Source: a virus (Duplodnaviria > Caudoviricetes). Taken from it: 58,454 nt of DNA. The notes under the pieces are model-generated. The model was not told the DNA's origin. It saw only the letters and a program-made list of their open reading frames with translations, and ran no database searches. This document shows positions 42,965-52,744 of the stretch, one piece after another; within the stretch, counting starts at the first letter, position 1; every line of letters begins with the position of its first letter. Both the position numbers and the translations under genes were made by a program. Where the stretch lies: IMG/VR virus record IMGVR_UViG_3300043443_000324, positions 1-58,454 of that record; one strand, given 5' to 3'.

Positions 42965-44325
42965 CCCGCACCTTCAAGCCCCACGCCTATCAGGAGGAGG
43001 TCATCGACTTCATCTGCCAGACCAAGCGCTGCGCGGTCTGGGCTCCGATGGGCGGCGGGAAGACCGTCTCAACCCTGACGGCGCTGGAGCGCCTGAGCGT
43101 GGTCGAGGACGTCTACCCCGCGCTGATCCTCGCCCCGCTGCGCGTCGCCAAGACGACGTGGCCGGACGAGGTGCAGAAGTGGGACCACCTGCAGGGCCTG
43201 CGCGTCAGCGTCATCACCGGCACCCCCAAGCAGCGCGCCCGTGCGCTGGAGGCCGAGGCGGACATCTTCACCACGAACTATGACAACATCCTCTGGCTAC
43301 GGCAGGCGCTGGGCGACAAGTGGCCGTTCAAGACGGTCGTGGCCGACGAGCTGACCCGCCTGAAGTCCTTCAGGCTCCGGCAGGGCGGCTCCAGAGCGCG
43401 TGCGCTGGGTCAAGTGGCCCACGCCCCCGGCAGCCGCTTCATCGGCCTCACGGGCACGCCTGCGCCGAACGGCATCAAAGACCTGTGGGGCCAGCAGTGG
43501 TTCATCGACAAGGGCGAGCGGCTGGGGCGCACCTACGCCGCCTTCGAGCAGCGCTGGTTCCGGCGCGGCTACGACGGCTACAGCCTCATCCCCTTCGAGC
43601 ACTCGCAGGCCGAGGTGCAGGACCGCCTGCGCGACGTCTGCCTGACCGTCACCGGCCTGCCGGTCGACGAGCCGGTGGTCAACCCGATCTACGTGACGAT
43701 GCCCCACGGGCCGCGCGTCCTGTACGACGAGATGGAGCGGCACGCCTACGCCGAGATCGAGGGCGAGGGCGTGGAGGCCGTGAACGCGGCGGTGAAGACG
43801 CAGAAGCTGCTGCAGCTCTGCAACGGGGCGATCTACATCAACGACGACGGCTCGTGGGAGGACGTGCACAATGCCAAGCTGGACGCGCTTGACAGCATCA
43901 TTGAGGAGGCGAACGGCGCGCCTGTTCTCGTCGCCTACAACTTCAAGCACGATCTCGAGCGGCTACGGGGTCGTTTCCCTCAAGGTCGGGTGCTGGACGC
44001 TGACAGCGATACGATCCGCCAGTGGAACGCCGGGCGCATCCCGCTACTATTCGCTCACCCTGCGTCGGCGGGGCACGGACTGAACCTCGCCGACGGGGGC
44101 AATATCATAGCCTTCTACGGCGTGAACTGGAACCTAGAAGAGCACATGCAGATCATCGAGCGCATCGGGCCGATGCGGCAGAAGCAGGCGGGCCACGACC
44201 GGCCCTGTCTGGTCTACCCCATCCTCGCCCGCGACACGGTCGACGAGGTGGTCATGGAGCGCCTGTCGTCCAAGCGGTCCATTCAAGAGGTGCTGCTCGA
44301 CGCGCTGAAGAGGAGGAAGAAATGA
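42961..44325 (+). CDS. SNF2-like superfamily 2 helicase
   Basis: MGGGKT, VADE, LTGTP, KLLQL.NG, SAGHGLNL, QIIERI. Confidence 0.9.
   Translation: MTRTFKPHAYQEEVIDFICQTKRCAVWAPMGGGKTVSTLTALERLSVVEDVYPALILAPLRVAKTTWPDEVQKWDHLQGLRVSVITGTPKQRARALEAEADIFTTNYDNILWLRQALGDKWPFKTVVADELTRLKSFRLRQGGSRARALGQVAHAPGSRFIGLTGTPAPNGIKDLWGQQWFIDKGERLGRTYAAFEQRWFRRGYDGYSLIPFEHSQAEVQDRLRDVCLTVTGLPVDEPVVNPIYVTMPHGPRVLYDEMERHAYAEIEGEGVEAVNAAVKTQKLLQLCNGAIYINDDGSWEDVHNAKLDALDSIIEEANGAPVLVAYNFKHDLERLRGRFPQGRVLDADSDTIRQWNAGRIPLLFAHPASAGHGLNLADGGNIIAFYGVNWNLEEHMQIIERIGPMRQKQAGHDRPCLVYPILARDTVDEVVMERLSSKRSIQEVLLDALKRRKK
43871..44083 (+). CDS. Candidate overprinted gene (+1 frame) inside helicase
   Basis: GGAGG 9 nt upstream of ATG; helicase codon bias distorted here. 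Confidence 0.4.
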   Translation: MPSWTRLTASLRRRTARLFSSPTTSSTISSGYGVVSLKVGCWTLTAIRSASGTPGASRYYSLTLRRRGTD

Positions 44326-44708
44326 ACGACCTACCCTGTGACACCGAACCGACGCAACACGCCCTCGAGGAGAGCGTGACGCTGGAGACCAACCCGATAG
44401 GCCTCGCGTACCCGGAGCGGCCGGTGCCTGCGCCCAAGGCGGCAGAGCTGCTGGGCCGTGCGGCCATGCACATGCACGACCGCGCGTCGACCTACGACAA
44501 GCCCGAGGGCGAGCGGTCCATGGGCCGCTGCGTCGAGGCGTTCAACGCGGTGACGGGCCGCGACCTGAGCGAGGGCGAGGGCTGGCTGCTCATGGCCCTG
44601 CTGAAGCAGGTGCGGCTGTTCACCCGCAGCGAGTACCACGCCGACAGCGCGGAGGACGCCATCGCCTATCTGGCGCTGCTGGCCGAGGCGAAGGGGGCGG
44701 GGCGGTGA
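44322..44708 (+). CDS. DUF6378-like all-alpha protein (possible nucleotide hydrolase)
   Basis: DRASTYD, ERSM, GWLLMALLKQVR, HADSAEDAIAY. Confidence 0.7.
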   Translation: MNDLPCDTEPTQHALEESVTLETNPIGLAYPERPVPAPKAAELLGRAAMHMHDRASTYDKPEGERSMGRCVEAFNAVTGRDLSEGEGWLLMALLKQVRLFTRSEYHADSAEDAIAYLALLAEAKGAGR

Positions 44709-44914
44709 GGCAGAAACTACACCCAGTCATAGCGGATACCGCAGAACCGCTGTCCGACGACATGGCTCAAGCCCTGATGCTGCTAGAAATAGAGCATCTT
44801 GGCGATCACGATGCCGTGCTGACGGAAGACGATGTTCGGGCATTTATCCGCCAGACGCCATACGCACATGTCGCAGATGACTTTGAGGACTACTTTCTTC
44901 TCTGGGCCGACTAG
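44705..44914 (+). CDS. Acidic hypothetical protein, last gene of the plus arm
   Basis: GTGA overlap; stop overlaps the convergent gene's stop (CTAG). Confidence 0.55.
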   Translation: MRQKLHPVIADTAEPLSDDMAQALMLLEIEHLGDHDAVLTEDDVRAFIRQTPYAHVADDFEDYFLLWAD

Positions 44915-46416
44915 AGGCCCAGTTTGGAAAGTCGGTCCTTGATCGCCTGCGCTGTCACGTCGTCAAGGAAGCCGCTGACGCCGGGTTGCAAAAACTTCTG
45001 GGTGTTGCCAGCGCGAACAGGTTCTCGCGGCGGCTTGGCGTCTTTGCCAGCCGCGATGGCGGCCTCGTACTTTTCTTTAGCCGCGCGGTACTCTTTCTGC
45101 TGACGCCTCCACTCGGAAAGGCTCAGGGTCGCTTGCTGGCCGCGAAAACCCGACAGATCGCCGAGGTCTGCGTACTTCTTGTTCAGCATGCCGTGCGCGA
45201 TTTCCGCGATATTTATGTCAGGGTCCACCGTCCCCATGAACTCCACGGGGAGATTATAGCCGTATGTCGGATTGCGTGAGAAATCGACCACGACCTCACG
45301 CCTAGGGTCCAGAACACCGATGTTCTGGATCATGTAGCTGGGCTTGTCGATCTGCGCGGGGTCGGTAATAAGCGCGCGGGTGAGAGGGAGCGACAATCCG
45401 CCGCTTTCCGTAAACGCGGTGTCGCGGTGCAGTGCCTCCTGAAGCGCCTTGCGTTGCTCCGTAGGCAACGCGCCGTATTGGAGATAGCCTTCCGGGTTAT
45501 CAATGCCCTTAAAGTCGCGGATATAGTTGCCGATAACCGCGTTGACGCGGGCGCGGTCATCTCCGCCGAAGGCAGAGTTGGCCTGCGACATCATGAGTTC
45601 GCCGGTCGTCTTTGAGAAATCTGTACCCGTTCCGGCCATGCGGTAGGGCGCCAGAAGCGGCAACTTTCCGGTCTTCTTGTAGTACGCCATGGCACGGTTC
45701 ATGATACCGGACGCAACACCGGGCGTAGAAACGGCCCAACCTAAACCGGGATTAGCGGGCATGAAATCCTGACCGCCGTATTCATGAACCGGAATGTCCA
45801 GATCAGTGGGGCCGATCCCGGTTATCGTAGTGTTTGCGCCAGAACGATCTGACATCGTGCCAATGATGAAGTTGTCGGCGAGCTCGTCAACGCCAAGCGA
45901 AGGCCCCTGCGGGACGATGCGGTTGTGTTCGACCTTTACGGCTAGGTCTTTGAGACGCCCCATCTCGCCCTTGCGCAGGCCATACGTCTCGGGATCAAAA
46001 GCGATCTTCGAAAGATCACGCACGTTTGTCGGTGCGGTTTGAACCTCGAGGGGGCGCGCTGTGCGGGGGGCTGCTGGCACAGTGAAATTGGCTACATTGC
46101 GCTGCCCGATGGCCGCCCGCGCAGCCGAGTCCGACGCGCCCTCCTTGACCGCGAGAGACTTCTTAGCCTTGCGCTTGGGGGCCGTCACTGTCAGGTCACC
46201 GGCTTCCGTGCGCGGCGCGGCAGGCACCTTGCGCTGCCTGCTGGCTGCGGGCGTCACGGAGAAGTCGATCTCCTCCGGCAACTCGCGCATGATGCGCTCG
46301 TAGGCGTTCTTGGCCTGAGCGACTGTCGCGTTCTTCGGCAGCACGCGGCGCAGGGCGCGGACGGCATCATCACTGAGTTCGCCGACTTCTTTGGCCAGCT
46401 TGGTGATGATGCTCAT
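44911..46416 (-). CDS. Putative virion cargo protein: shared N-module + unknown C-domain
   Basis: Last gene of the ejection operon; N-terminal 54 aa homologous to 5414..6643. Confidence 0.75.
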   Translation of the reverse strand: MSIITKLAKEVGELSDDAVRALRRVLPKNATVAQAKNAYERIMRELPEEIDFSVTPAASRQRKVPAAPRTEAGDLTVTAPKRKAKKSLAVKEGASDSAARAAIGQRNVANFTVPAAPRTARPLEVQTAPTNVRDLSKIAFDPETYGLRKGEMGRLKDLAVKVEHNRIVPQGPSLGVDELADNFIIGTMSDRSGANTTITGIGPTDLDIPVHEYGGQDFMPANPGLGWAVSTPGVASGIMNRAMAYYKKTGKLPLLAPYRMAGTGTDFSKTTGELMMSQANSAFGGDDRARVNAVIGNYIRDFKGIDNPEGYLQYGALPTEQRKALQEALHRDTAFTESGGLSLPLTRALITDPAQIDKPSYMIQNIGVLDPRREVVVDFSRNPTYGYNLPVEFMGTVDPDINIAEIAHGMLNKKYADLGDLSGFRGQQATLSLSEWRRQQKEYRAAKEKYEAAIAAGKDAKPPREPVRAGNTQKFLQPGVSGFLDDVTAQAIKDRLSKLGL

Positions 46417-48065
46417 CGTGCCTTCCTCTTATCGGCCAGACCGCCGTGCTTGTAGCGCTTCATGATCTCAATGAGATCGGGGTTCATGACGACGTAGTTC
46501 TCTGTGTCGCTGCCACCGGCGCGAGAACCTTGGTCAAGGTAGCGGATGCCCGGTATGCCGGAACCCGTCAGCAAGTCGGACATGGCAGCGTCGCGCACGT
46601 CAGAACGGAAACGCAGTTGGTGGTATATGTCTCCGCCGAGCGTCGGGTACTTCTCATCGGCGGGCATGTCGTTGAGTTGGTACTTCTGCAGGAGCGGCAT
46701 CAGCGCCCGCAAGACCTCAGGCTGCTCGCTGAGAGGCTGGTCCCACGCCAACATGCGAGACGGATCGACATTCAAGTCAACCTGATACAGCGAGCCGGGC
46801 GCGCGCCACTGGCCTGCGACTTCCCGGTTAAACCAGTCGACAGCCTCCGGGCTGTACATGCTAGGATCGCGCTCAAGGTTCTGGCGGATGGCGAGGACGT
46901 CGCGCGCGTCCATCAAGTCGTCCAGCAGCGCCGTCCGGTCGTAAAAGCGTTGGGCCTCACCCACAGGCAGCGTATCGGCCGTGTTCATGAGGCGGTTGTA
47001 AACGGCGTAGACGTCCTCCCCGCCTATGCTCGGGTTAGTCGCAGCGGGCGGCAAGGTGCTATCGCGGTAGCCGCGAGCTACATTCGGCTCCTCGGCAAAG
47101 TAGAGCCCGCGCCCGTAGGCCTGCGCGCCCTCCCCCGTGCCGATCTTGTCCATGCGAAAGCGGCCAAGGCGGTACTCTTGCAGCGGATCGACATTCGCCG
47201 GAAGTGTGCGGATGCGGTCTTCCGTTGGGCTTTCGATAAAGTACTCTTCGCCAGTCTCGCGGTCACGGACCTTGAACTCCGGCCTGAACCGATGCTGCGT
47301 GCCGTGATAGGCTGTTACTTTGTCGGGTGCAGGCGCGGCTCTTGCGGGAACAGAGAGCGACGAGCGCTGGACCGGCGCGGTGTAGATCGGAACCTCTTCC
47401 GTCAGGTCGGGAAGTTCCCACTGCGCCTCGTCAGGAGTAGTGATTTTAAGACTTTGCGGGGCCTCAAGCGCGCCCATCTCCTCGGGCAGGTCGCGGAACA
47501 CACCCTCGACGTAGTCGGCGTCGGCCAGCGGACGCGCCTCGGTCATGTAGCGCCGCGCACGCGCCGCGAGGTCCGAAGCGCCCTGCCGGACGCCTGCGGG
47601 CAGGCGGCGCAGCGCCGCGCCACCGAGACGGCCCGCCGCGCTGAACGCGGGGCCGAGGGCACCGGCGAGCGCCAGCGTCGTCGCGTCATCGCTCTGGAGG
47701 TCACCCTCGCCGTACACGTCGCCGCCCAGCGCGTCGGCCACGCCACGGACGCCCGCGCCATACAGTTCACGCAGGCCCAGCAACTCGTCGTCTACGGTGC
47801 GCAGCGTCTGCTCCGCGCCGGGCGACACGCGCCCGATGGCCGACAGGACGCGCTCAGGGGCGTTCTGGCGAGGCGCGCTGATCTGGGCCTGCGGCTTGAC
47901 CCGAACGTTCAGGTTGCGAGGCTTGTCGCCCTTGCGCTTGGCCGTCGTCTTGCGGCCCGTGGCGCGCTGCGCGGCAGGCCCGATGCGAATGGCGAACGGG
48001 TTCAGTCCCTCGTCAGCAGGCGCACCGTCGAGGTAGAGCGTGCTGGTGACCTTGCGCTCGGCCAT
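46413..48065 (-). CDS. Putative virion cargo protein with ART-like polyvalent-protein domain
   Basis: AYHGT..RF, KIGTGEGAQAYGRGLYFAE, GSLYQVDL, GIPGIRYLD, NYVV; ends YKHGGLADKRKAR. Confidence 0.75.
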   Translation of the reverse strand: MAERKVTSTLYLDGAPADEGLNPFAIRIGPAAQRATGRKTTAKRKGDKPRNLNVRVKPQAQISAPRQNAPERVLSAIGRVSPGAEQTLRTVDDELLGLRELYGAGVRGVADALGGDVYGEGDLQSDDATTLALAGALGPAFSAAGRLGGAALRRLPAGVRQGASDLAARARRYMTEARPLADADYVEGVFRDLPEEMGALEAPQSLKITTPDEAQWELPDLTEEVPIYTAPVQRSSLSVPARAAPAPDKVTAYHGTQHRFRPEFKVRDRETGEEYFIESPTEDRIRTLPANVDPLQEYRLGRFRMDKIGTGEGAQAYGRGLYFAEEPNVARGYRDSTLPPAATNPSIGGEDVYAVYNRLMNTADTLPVGEAQRFYDRTALLDDLMDARDVLAIRQNLERDPSMYSPEAVDWFNREVAGQWRAPGSLYQVDLNVDPSRMLAWDQPLSEQPEVLRALMPLLQKYQLNDMPADEKYPTLGGDIYHQLRFRSDVRDAAMSDLLTGSGIPGIRYLDQGSRAGGSDTENYVVMNPDLIEIMKRYKHGGLADKRKAR

Positions 48066-48068
48066 GTC

Positions 48069-50606
48069 TTACTGCCCACCATAGAACATCGGGTCGAACT
48101 GAAACTCGGACGGCGCGCCGATGCCGTAGCGGGCGCGCAGGTCTTCGATGTCCTCGGGCCGGTCGCGGACGCCCTGCAGCATCGGCGCGGTGGCCAGCGC
48201 CGCGAGGTACTCGGGCCGGTCGCGGATGATGTCGGCGGCGCGCATCGCGGCGGCCGGACGCTGGCCTGCGATGGCCGTGCCAAGCGCCTGCCGCACGCCG
48301 GGCGCATTGCCGAGGCCCATGGCAATGTTAATCGGCAGGGAGAGGGGCGCGCCTGCGACGCTGCTGGTGAGGCCGATGCCGCGCTCAACGCGGGACACGT
48401 CGCCCGGAGGGGCCTTGCCGAGGGCCTCGATGCCTGCCTCGGCCAGCCGCTGGCCGCGTGCCTCGCCGCGCACGAAGGCCCGGCTGCGCGCGCTGGTGTC
48501 GCCCTTGCGCGCGGCGGCCAGTGCCTGCTGCGGCGTGAACTCGCCCGGCGCGTTGCCGAGATTGCGCGCGGCCTCCTCGGCGCGGGTCAGGATGGCGTAG
48601 CCACGGTCAGCCCGGTCCATCAGGTCGACGGCCTCGGGCGGCGAGTGCCGACGGGCGTTGTCGTCGAGGATGCGCTGCAGTTCGGCCACGCCGTCGGCCA
48701 TCTCCGCGTTCTGCTGCTTGGAGAAGGCGGCGCGGCGCTTGCCGAGGAGGCTCACGAGCGACTTGTATTTGTCGCCGCTGATACCCTGACCGGCGGGCGT
48801 GTCGATCTTGCGCTGGACGGTGCCCTCAAGCAGCTTGCGCAGGCGCGAGGCGGCCTCCTCGGAAAACTCGTCGCTGTCGAGGCGCTGGCGGAACGCCATG
48901 AGGTCGTTACGCAGCGGGGCGTCGGGCACCATCTGCATCTGCGACCGAGCAGCCTCGTAGGCGTCGTTGAACGCCTTCTGGGCCACTTCCATGCGCTTGG
49001 TCGGCTTCAGTCCCTTAGGCACTTCCACGCCGATGTTCCGCAGCGCGTCATCGAGGTAGGCCTCTTGGAACTGCTCGAAGGCCTGCCGCTGCGCCCGCAG
49101 GGCGACGTCACCACCGCCGGGCAGGACACCCGCGAGGCCCGCCTCCAGCTCAGGCGCGCCGAGCGTCTGGCCGAGGGACATGTCGCGCACGCCCGCCTCG
49201 CGCAGCATGCGGACGCTCTCCGGCGTGCGGGGCGACAGCACACGGGCGGTCGCGCCCGGCACCGCGCCGCCTGCGAGGCCGAGGCCAGCACCCATCGCCG
49301 CGCCGGTGATGCGCGAGCCGGGGGCCGCCTCGCCCGCGCCGGTGATCGCCCCGAGGGCAGTCTCGCCCAGCATGGCCGCGCGCGTCGCCGAGAGGCCGGG
49401 CGCGAGCATCTGCGCGCCGCGCACGGCGGGGATGGATGCCATCATGCCGCCAGCGATCTCGCCGAGGGTGGAGGCGATGGGACTTTCGGTCTGCGAGTAC
49501 TGCCGGGCGAAGCGGGCGCGCTCCTCGGCCTCAGGGCCGCCCATCAGGCCAGCCAGTTCGTCAGTCATGCCGCCGGTCAGCGCGCTGCCCGCGCCGATGG
49601 CGTAGGCCCCGACGGGACTTTCGCCGACAGCGCCGATGATCTGCTCGGAGACGGGGCGCGTGCTCTCGCCGGGCACGATCTGCGCGCCCTTGCCGCCCGC
49701 GTCGCGGTAGCGGATGGCAGCGTCGAGCTGGTCCTGCGGGACAGGGCGTCCAAGCTCCTGCGCGAGGGCGTTCATCTCGGCTTGGCTGGCACCGGCGTCG
49801 AAGGCCTGCTGCAGCCGCGCGGCGATGCGCTTGTCCTCCTCGGAGACGTACTTGTCGCCCGCACCGGCGCGCAGTTCCGTGGTCGCCTCCTGCGCGGTTG
49901 CGGGTGCCTCCCCGGCGCGCGGCGCGGGGCGCTTAGGCTCAAAGCCGGGTATCGCATCGGCAGGCAGCGGGTTGCCGGTGCGCATCTTGTAGCTCGTCTG
50001 CAGCAGGTCAGGCGTGCCGCCCAGCCGCTTGTAGATGGGCAGGAAGGCGTCCATGACGACGTTCATGCTGCGCTGGAACTCCTCGTCAGTCTGAGACTGC
50101 GAGAGGTCGGCCAGCGACGTGCGCATCAATTCGATGTCGGTGTTCGACACGGGGGTGAGCGCGGTGCCCGCCGCCTTCAATTCCGAAAGCGTGTCGATGG
50201 CGGTCTTGCTGCCGATGGTCTTCAACAGACCGGCCACGTTGGCGGCCTCTGTGGCGCCAAGGTCGGCCGCAGTTTCCGCACCAAAGCCGGTGGCGAACCA
50301 CTCGTCGCGCGACTTGCCCTTGGCAGCGGCGGCTGCCGCAATGGTGCGTGCGAGGCCTGCGACAACGCTGCTCTCAGCCGCTGCGGCATCTTGCGACTTC
50401 CGCTGCCGGTCAGCCTCTTCAGACTTGGCCTTCTCGACGTTGTACTCGACTAGCCGCGCCTCACCCTCGGCCTTGCGGATTTCAGCCGGGGTCAGGCCGC
50501 GCGTGCGGGCCGCGCTTGCCTCCGTCGATGCCGTCGAGGCGGCAGTCGCGCGCTCGCGCGGGGACGGACCCGTAGGCGCTGCGTAATCTTCCCAAGGACC
50601 GGCCAT
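48069..50606 (-). CDS. Large DNA ejection / internal virion protein
   Basis: 845 aa helical, Gly/Ala hydrophobic segments, MAGPWEDY start, third in ejection series. Confidence 0.7.
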   Translation of the reverse strand: MAGPWEDYAAPTGPSPRERATAASTASTEASAARTRGLTPAEIRKAEGEARLVEYNVEKAKSEEADRQRKSQDAAAAESSVVAGLARTIAAAAAAKGKSRDEWFATGFGAETAADLGATEAANVAGLLKTIGSKTAIDTLSELKAAGTALTPVSNTDIELMRTSLADLSQSQTDEEFQRSMNVVMDAFLPIYKRLGGTPDLLQTSYKMRTGNPLPADAIPGFEPKRPAPRAGEAPATAQEATTELRAGAGDKYVSEEDKRIAARLQQAFDAGASQAEMNALAQELGRPVPQDQLDAAIRYRDAGGKGAQIVPGESTRPVSEQIIGAVGESPVGAYAIGAGSALTGGMTDELAGLMGGPEAEERARFARQYSQTESPIASTLGEIAGGMMASIPAVRGAQMLAPGLSATRAAMLGETALGAITGAGEAAPGSRITGAAMGAGLGLAGGAVPGATARVLSPRTPESVRMLREAGVRDMSLGQTLGAPELEAGLAGVLPGGGDVALRAQRQAFEQFQEAYLDDALRNIGVEVPKGLKPTKRMEVAQKAFNDAYEAARSQMQMVPDAPLRNDLMAFRQRLDSDEFSEEAASRLRKLLEGTVQRKIDTPAGQGISGDKYKSLVSLLGKRRAAFSKQQNAEMADGVAELQRILDDNARRHSPPEAVDLMDRADRGYAILTRAEEAARNLGNAPGEFTPQQALAAARKGDTSARSRAFVRGEARGQRLAEAGIEALGKAPPGDVSRVERGIGLTSSVAGAPLSLPINIAMGLGNAPGVRQALGTAIAGQRPAAAMRAADIIRDRPEYLAALATAPMLQGVRDRPEDIEDLRARYGIGAPSEFQFDPMFYGGQ

Positions 50607-51421
50607 CAGCGCACCTTTTGCCAGCTAGATTGTGAGGCAGGGTCGCCGCCCATGTAGCGGTAGCCCTGACGGACCTCGCCGACCTTCGGAGGCGGCGAGG
50701 TGATAGGCTCGTTGGTCTCCATGTCGACCAGCGCGCCGGTAATCGGGTTGAAGCCCGTGCGCCGCTTGGCGGGCTGCTCGGCTTCCAACTCGGCGCGCAG
50801 TGCATCGCGGCGCGCCTTGAGGATGTCCATCTTGCCCTCGAACTCGCCGGTCTGGTAGCTCTCCTGCAGGCGGGCGAGGGCCTCGGCGCGCTTCATCTGC
50901 GCCATCTCGCGCTGCTCGCCGATCTGGCCGAGGGCATTGGAGACGTTCTGCATGGTACCCGCGAAGCCCTTGAACTTGCGCGGCGCGAGCAGGGCGCGCG
51001 ACAGCGCGAAGAGCTGGCTCGAGGTCGACGGCCCGGCATACATCTCGTTGATGCGCTGCTGGCCGCTCTCGAACTGCTGCTTGCGCAAAGCTGGCAGCCC
51101 CTCGTAGAGGCCCATCAGCTCCTCGTCGGCGGCGCGGAGGCGGTCCCGCGTTGAGGGGGTCTGATTTGCGGCAGTCGCGGCGTTCAGGCCGCCAGCGGGA
51201 GTGTCCATGGGCGTCGTACCTTGTTCGGGCGGCACATTAGCACGGGCGGGCGCTCCCGTCACCATCGGGCGCGCGGCGAGCGCAGGATTGACCGCGCTGG
51301 GCGGAACTCCGGCCTCGTCGATGACCGTGCCGAAGTCGCGCGCGATCTGCACGGCGTTCTCGTAGCCCTGCTTGGCGATCAGGTCGGCCCATTCGGCCTG
51401 CGTCATGCGTTGGTAGCCCAT
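50606..51421 (-). CDS. DNA ejection protein
   Basis: Helical; ends PKVGEVRQGYRYMGGDP....W. Confidence 0.65.
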   Translation of the reverse strand: MGYQRMTQAEWADLIAKQGYENAVQIARDFGTVIDEAGVPPSAVNPALAARPMVTGAPARANVPPEQGTTPMDTPAGGLNAATAANQTPSTRDRLRAADEELMGLYEGLPALRKQQFESGQQRINEMYAGPSTSSQLFALSRALLAPRKFKGFAGTMQNVSNALGQIGEQREMAQMKRAEALARLQESYQTGEFEGKMDILKARRDALRAELEAEQPAKRRTGFNPITGALVDMETNEPITSPPPKVGEVRQGYRYMGGDPASQSSWQKVR

Positions 51422-51424
51422 ATC

Positions 51425-52744
51425 TTACAACCCGAACAGCTTGCCGAGGGCGCTGCCCGCCTTGGCATCGGCGAGGATACCCCCCAGCCCCGTCAGCGCG
51501 CCGCCGATGGTCGCCGCCGTGCTGGGCTTGTATTCCTGCTGGTAGCCCAGCGGGACGATGCCGTACTCCTGCGAGGCGGTTGGCACCGCCCCGGCAGTGC
51601 CCTTGAACGTCGCCATCGCGTTGTTGATCTGCTCTTGGTTGTAGCCCTGCTGGCGCAGGAAGTCGCCGTAGGCGAGGTCGAGGTTCTTCTGCGCCTGAGC
51701 CTGCTGCTGCGCGCCGACGCCCTGCATGGCCTCCGCGCCCCGGAGGCCGAGGGTCTGCGCGGTCCCTGCGAGGGCGCCAAGCTGCTCCGCCGCGCCAAGC
51801 TGGCGGGTGATGTCCTCGCCGCCGATGGCGCCGATCTGCGAGCCGATGTCGGTGAGCGTGCGCTGCTGCTGGTTGGTGAGGGTGCCGTAGGTCTGCCCGA
51901 TGTCGGCCATCTGGCGGCCAGCCTGCGCCAGCGCGCCCTGCTGCTGGGTGCCGAGTGCGCCCGCCGTCGAGGCGAGCTGCGCCTGCCGCGCGAGGTCGCC
52001 AGCCGACAGTTCCGCCGCCTGACCGTAGCCCTGCTGGAGGGCCTGCGTCTGCTGCGCGAGGGCGGCCTCCTGCGTGTCGCGGATGGCGCGGGCGGTGTCG
52101 GTCATCATGCCCGAGGGCGTCCCGGCGCCGTCGCGACCGCCGTAGCCAAGCTGGCCAGCGGCGATGTAGCGGCCCTCGATGCCGGGCATGATGTTCTCAG
52201 ACAGGTTGCGCTGGGCGAGCTGCCCGATGCGGTTGACCACCTGCTCCGTGTAGGGGTTCATGTACTGGCCGATGTTGGCAACGCTCGTCTGCCCGGCTTG
52301 GCCGAGGAACGGCTGCGCGGCCTGCATGCCCAGCGCCTGCGTGCTCTGGCCGGTGAGCTGCGCGCCCTGCTGCAGGCCCGGAGTGGCCGCCGTGACACCG
52401 CTCATGCCTGCCGCCTGCCCGAAGTAGGGCTGCGCGCCGCCCAGCGCGTTCTGGCCCATGAGGTTCTGCGTCGCGCCGGTCGCCGCCTGCAGGCCGGGCT
52501 GGTAGGCCGTGGCGGCAGGCCCCGTCATGGCGAAGCCCTGCTGCTGCGCGGGCGAGAACTCGGCGACGCGCGGACCCTGATAGGTCTCGTAGGGCCGGTT
52601 CAGGAGCGCCTGCTGGTTGGACAGCAGTTGCATGGCGTAGTTGCTGTACCACTCGGGCAGGACAGTCTCGCTCTGCGTCGCCTTCAGGGCCGAGCCGGAG
52701 GGTATCTTGGCACCCTCAGTCAGGAAGGAGGAGATGTCGACCAT
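51425..52744 (-). CDS. Gln/Ala/Gly-rich DNA ejection (pilot-like) protein
   Basis: YQGPRVAEFSP.QQ, QYMNPY, YGDFLRQQ.Y. Confidence 0.7.
   Translation of the reverse strand: MVDISSFLTEGAKIPSGSALKATQSETVLPEWYSNYAMQLLSNQQALLNRPYETYQGPRVAEFSPAQQQGFAMTGPAATAYQPGLQAATGATQNLMGQNALGGAQPYFGQAAGMSGVTAATPGLQQGAQLTGQSTQALGMQAAQPFLGQAGQTSVANIGQYMNPYTEQVVNRIGQLAQRNLSENIMPGIEGRYIAAGQLGYGGRDGAGTPSGMMTDTARAIRDTQEAALAQQTQALQQGYGQAAELSAGDLARQAQLASTAGALGTQQQGALAQAGRQMADIGQTYGTLTNQQQRTLTDIGSQIGAIGGEDITRQLGAAEQLGALAGTAQTLGLRGAEAMQGVGAQQQAQAQKNLDLAYGDFLRQQGYNQEQINNAMATFKGTAGAVPTASQEYGIVPLGYQQEYKPSTAATIGGALTGLGGILADAKAGSALGKLFGL

Noticed and set aside
46446-50453. 1335-aa plus-strand ORF
   Set aside because: Antisense shadow of the ejection and cargo genes; Arg/Ala-rich with no motifs or SD
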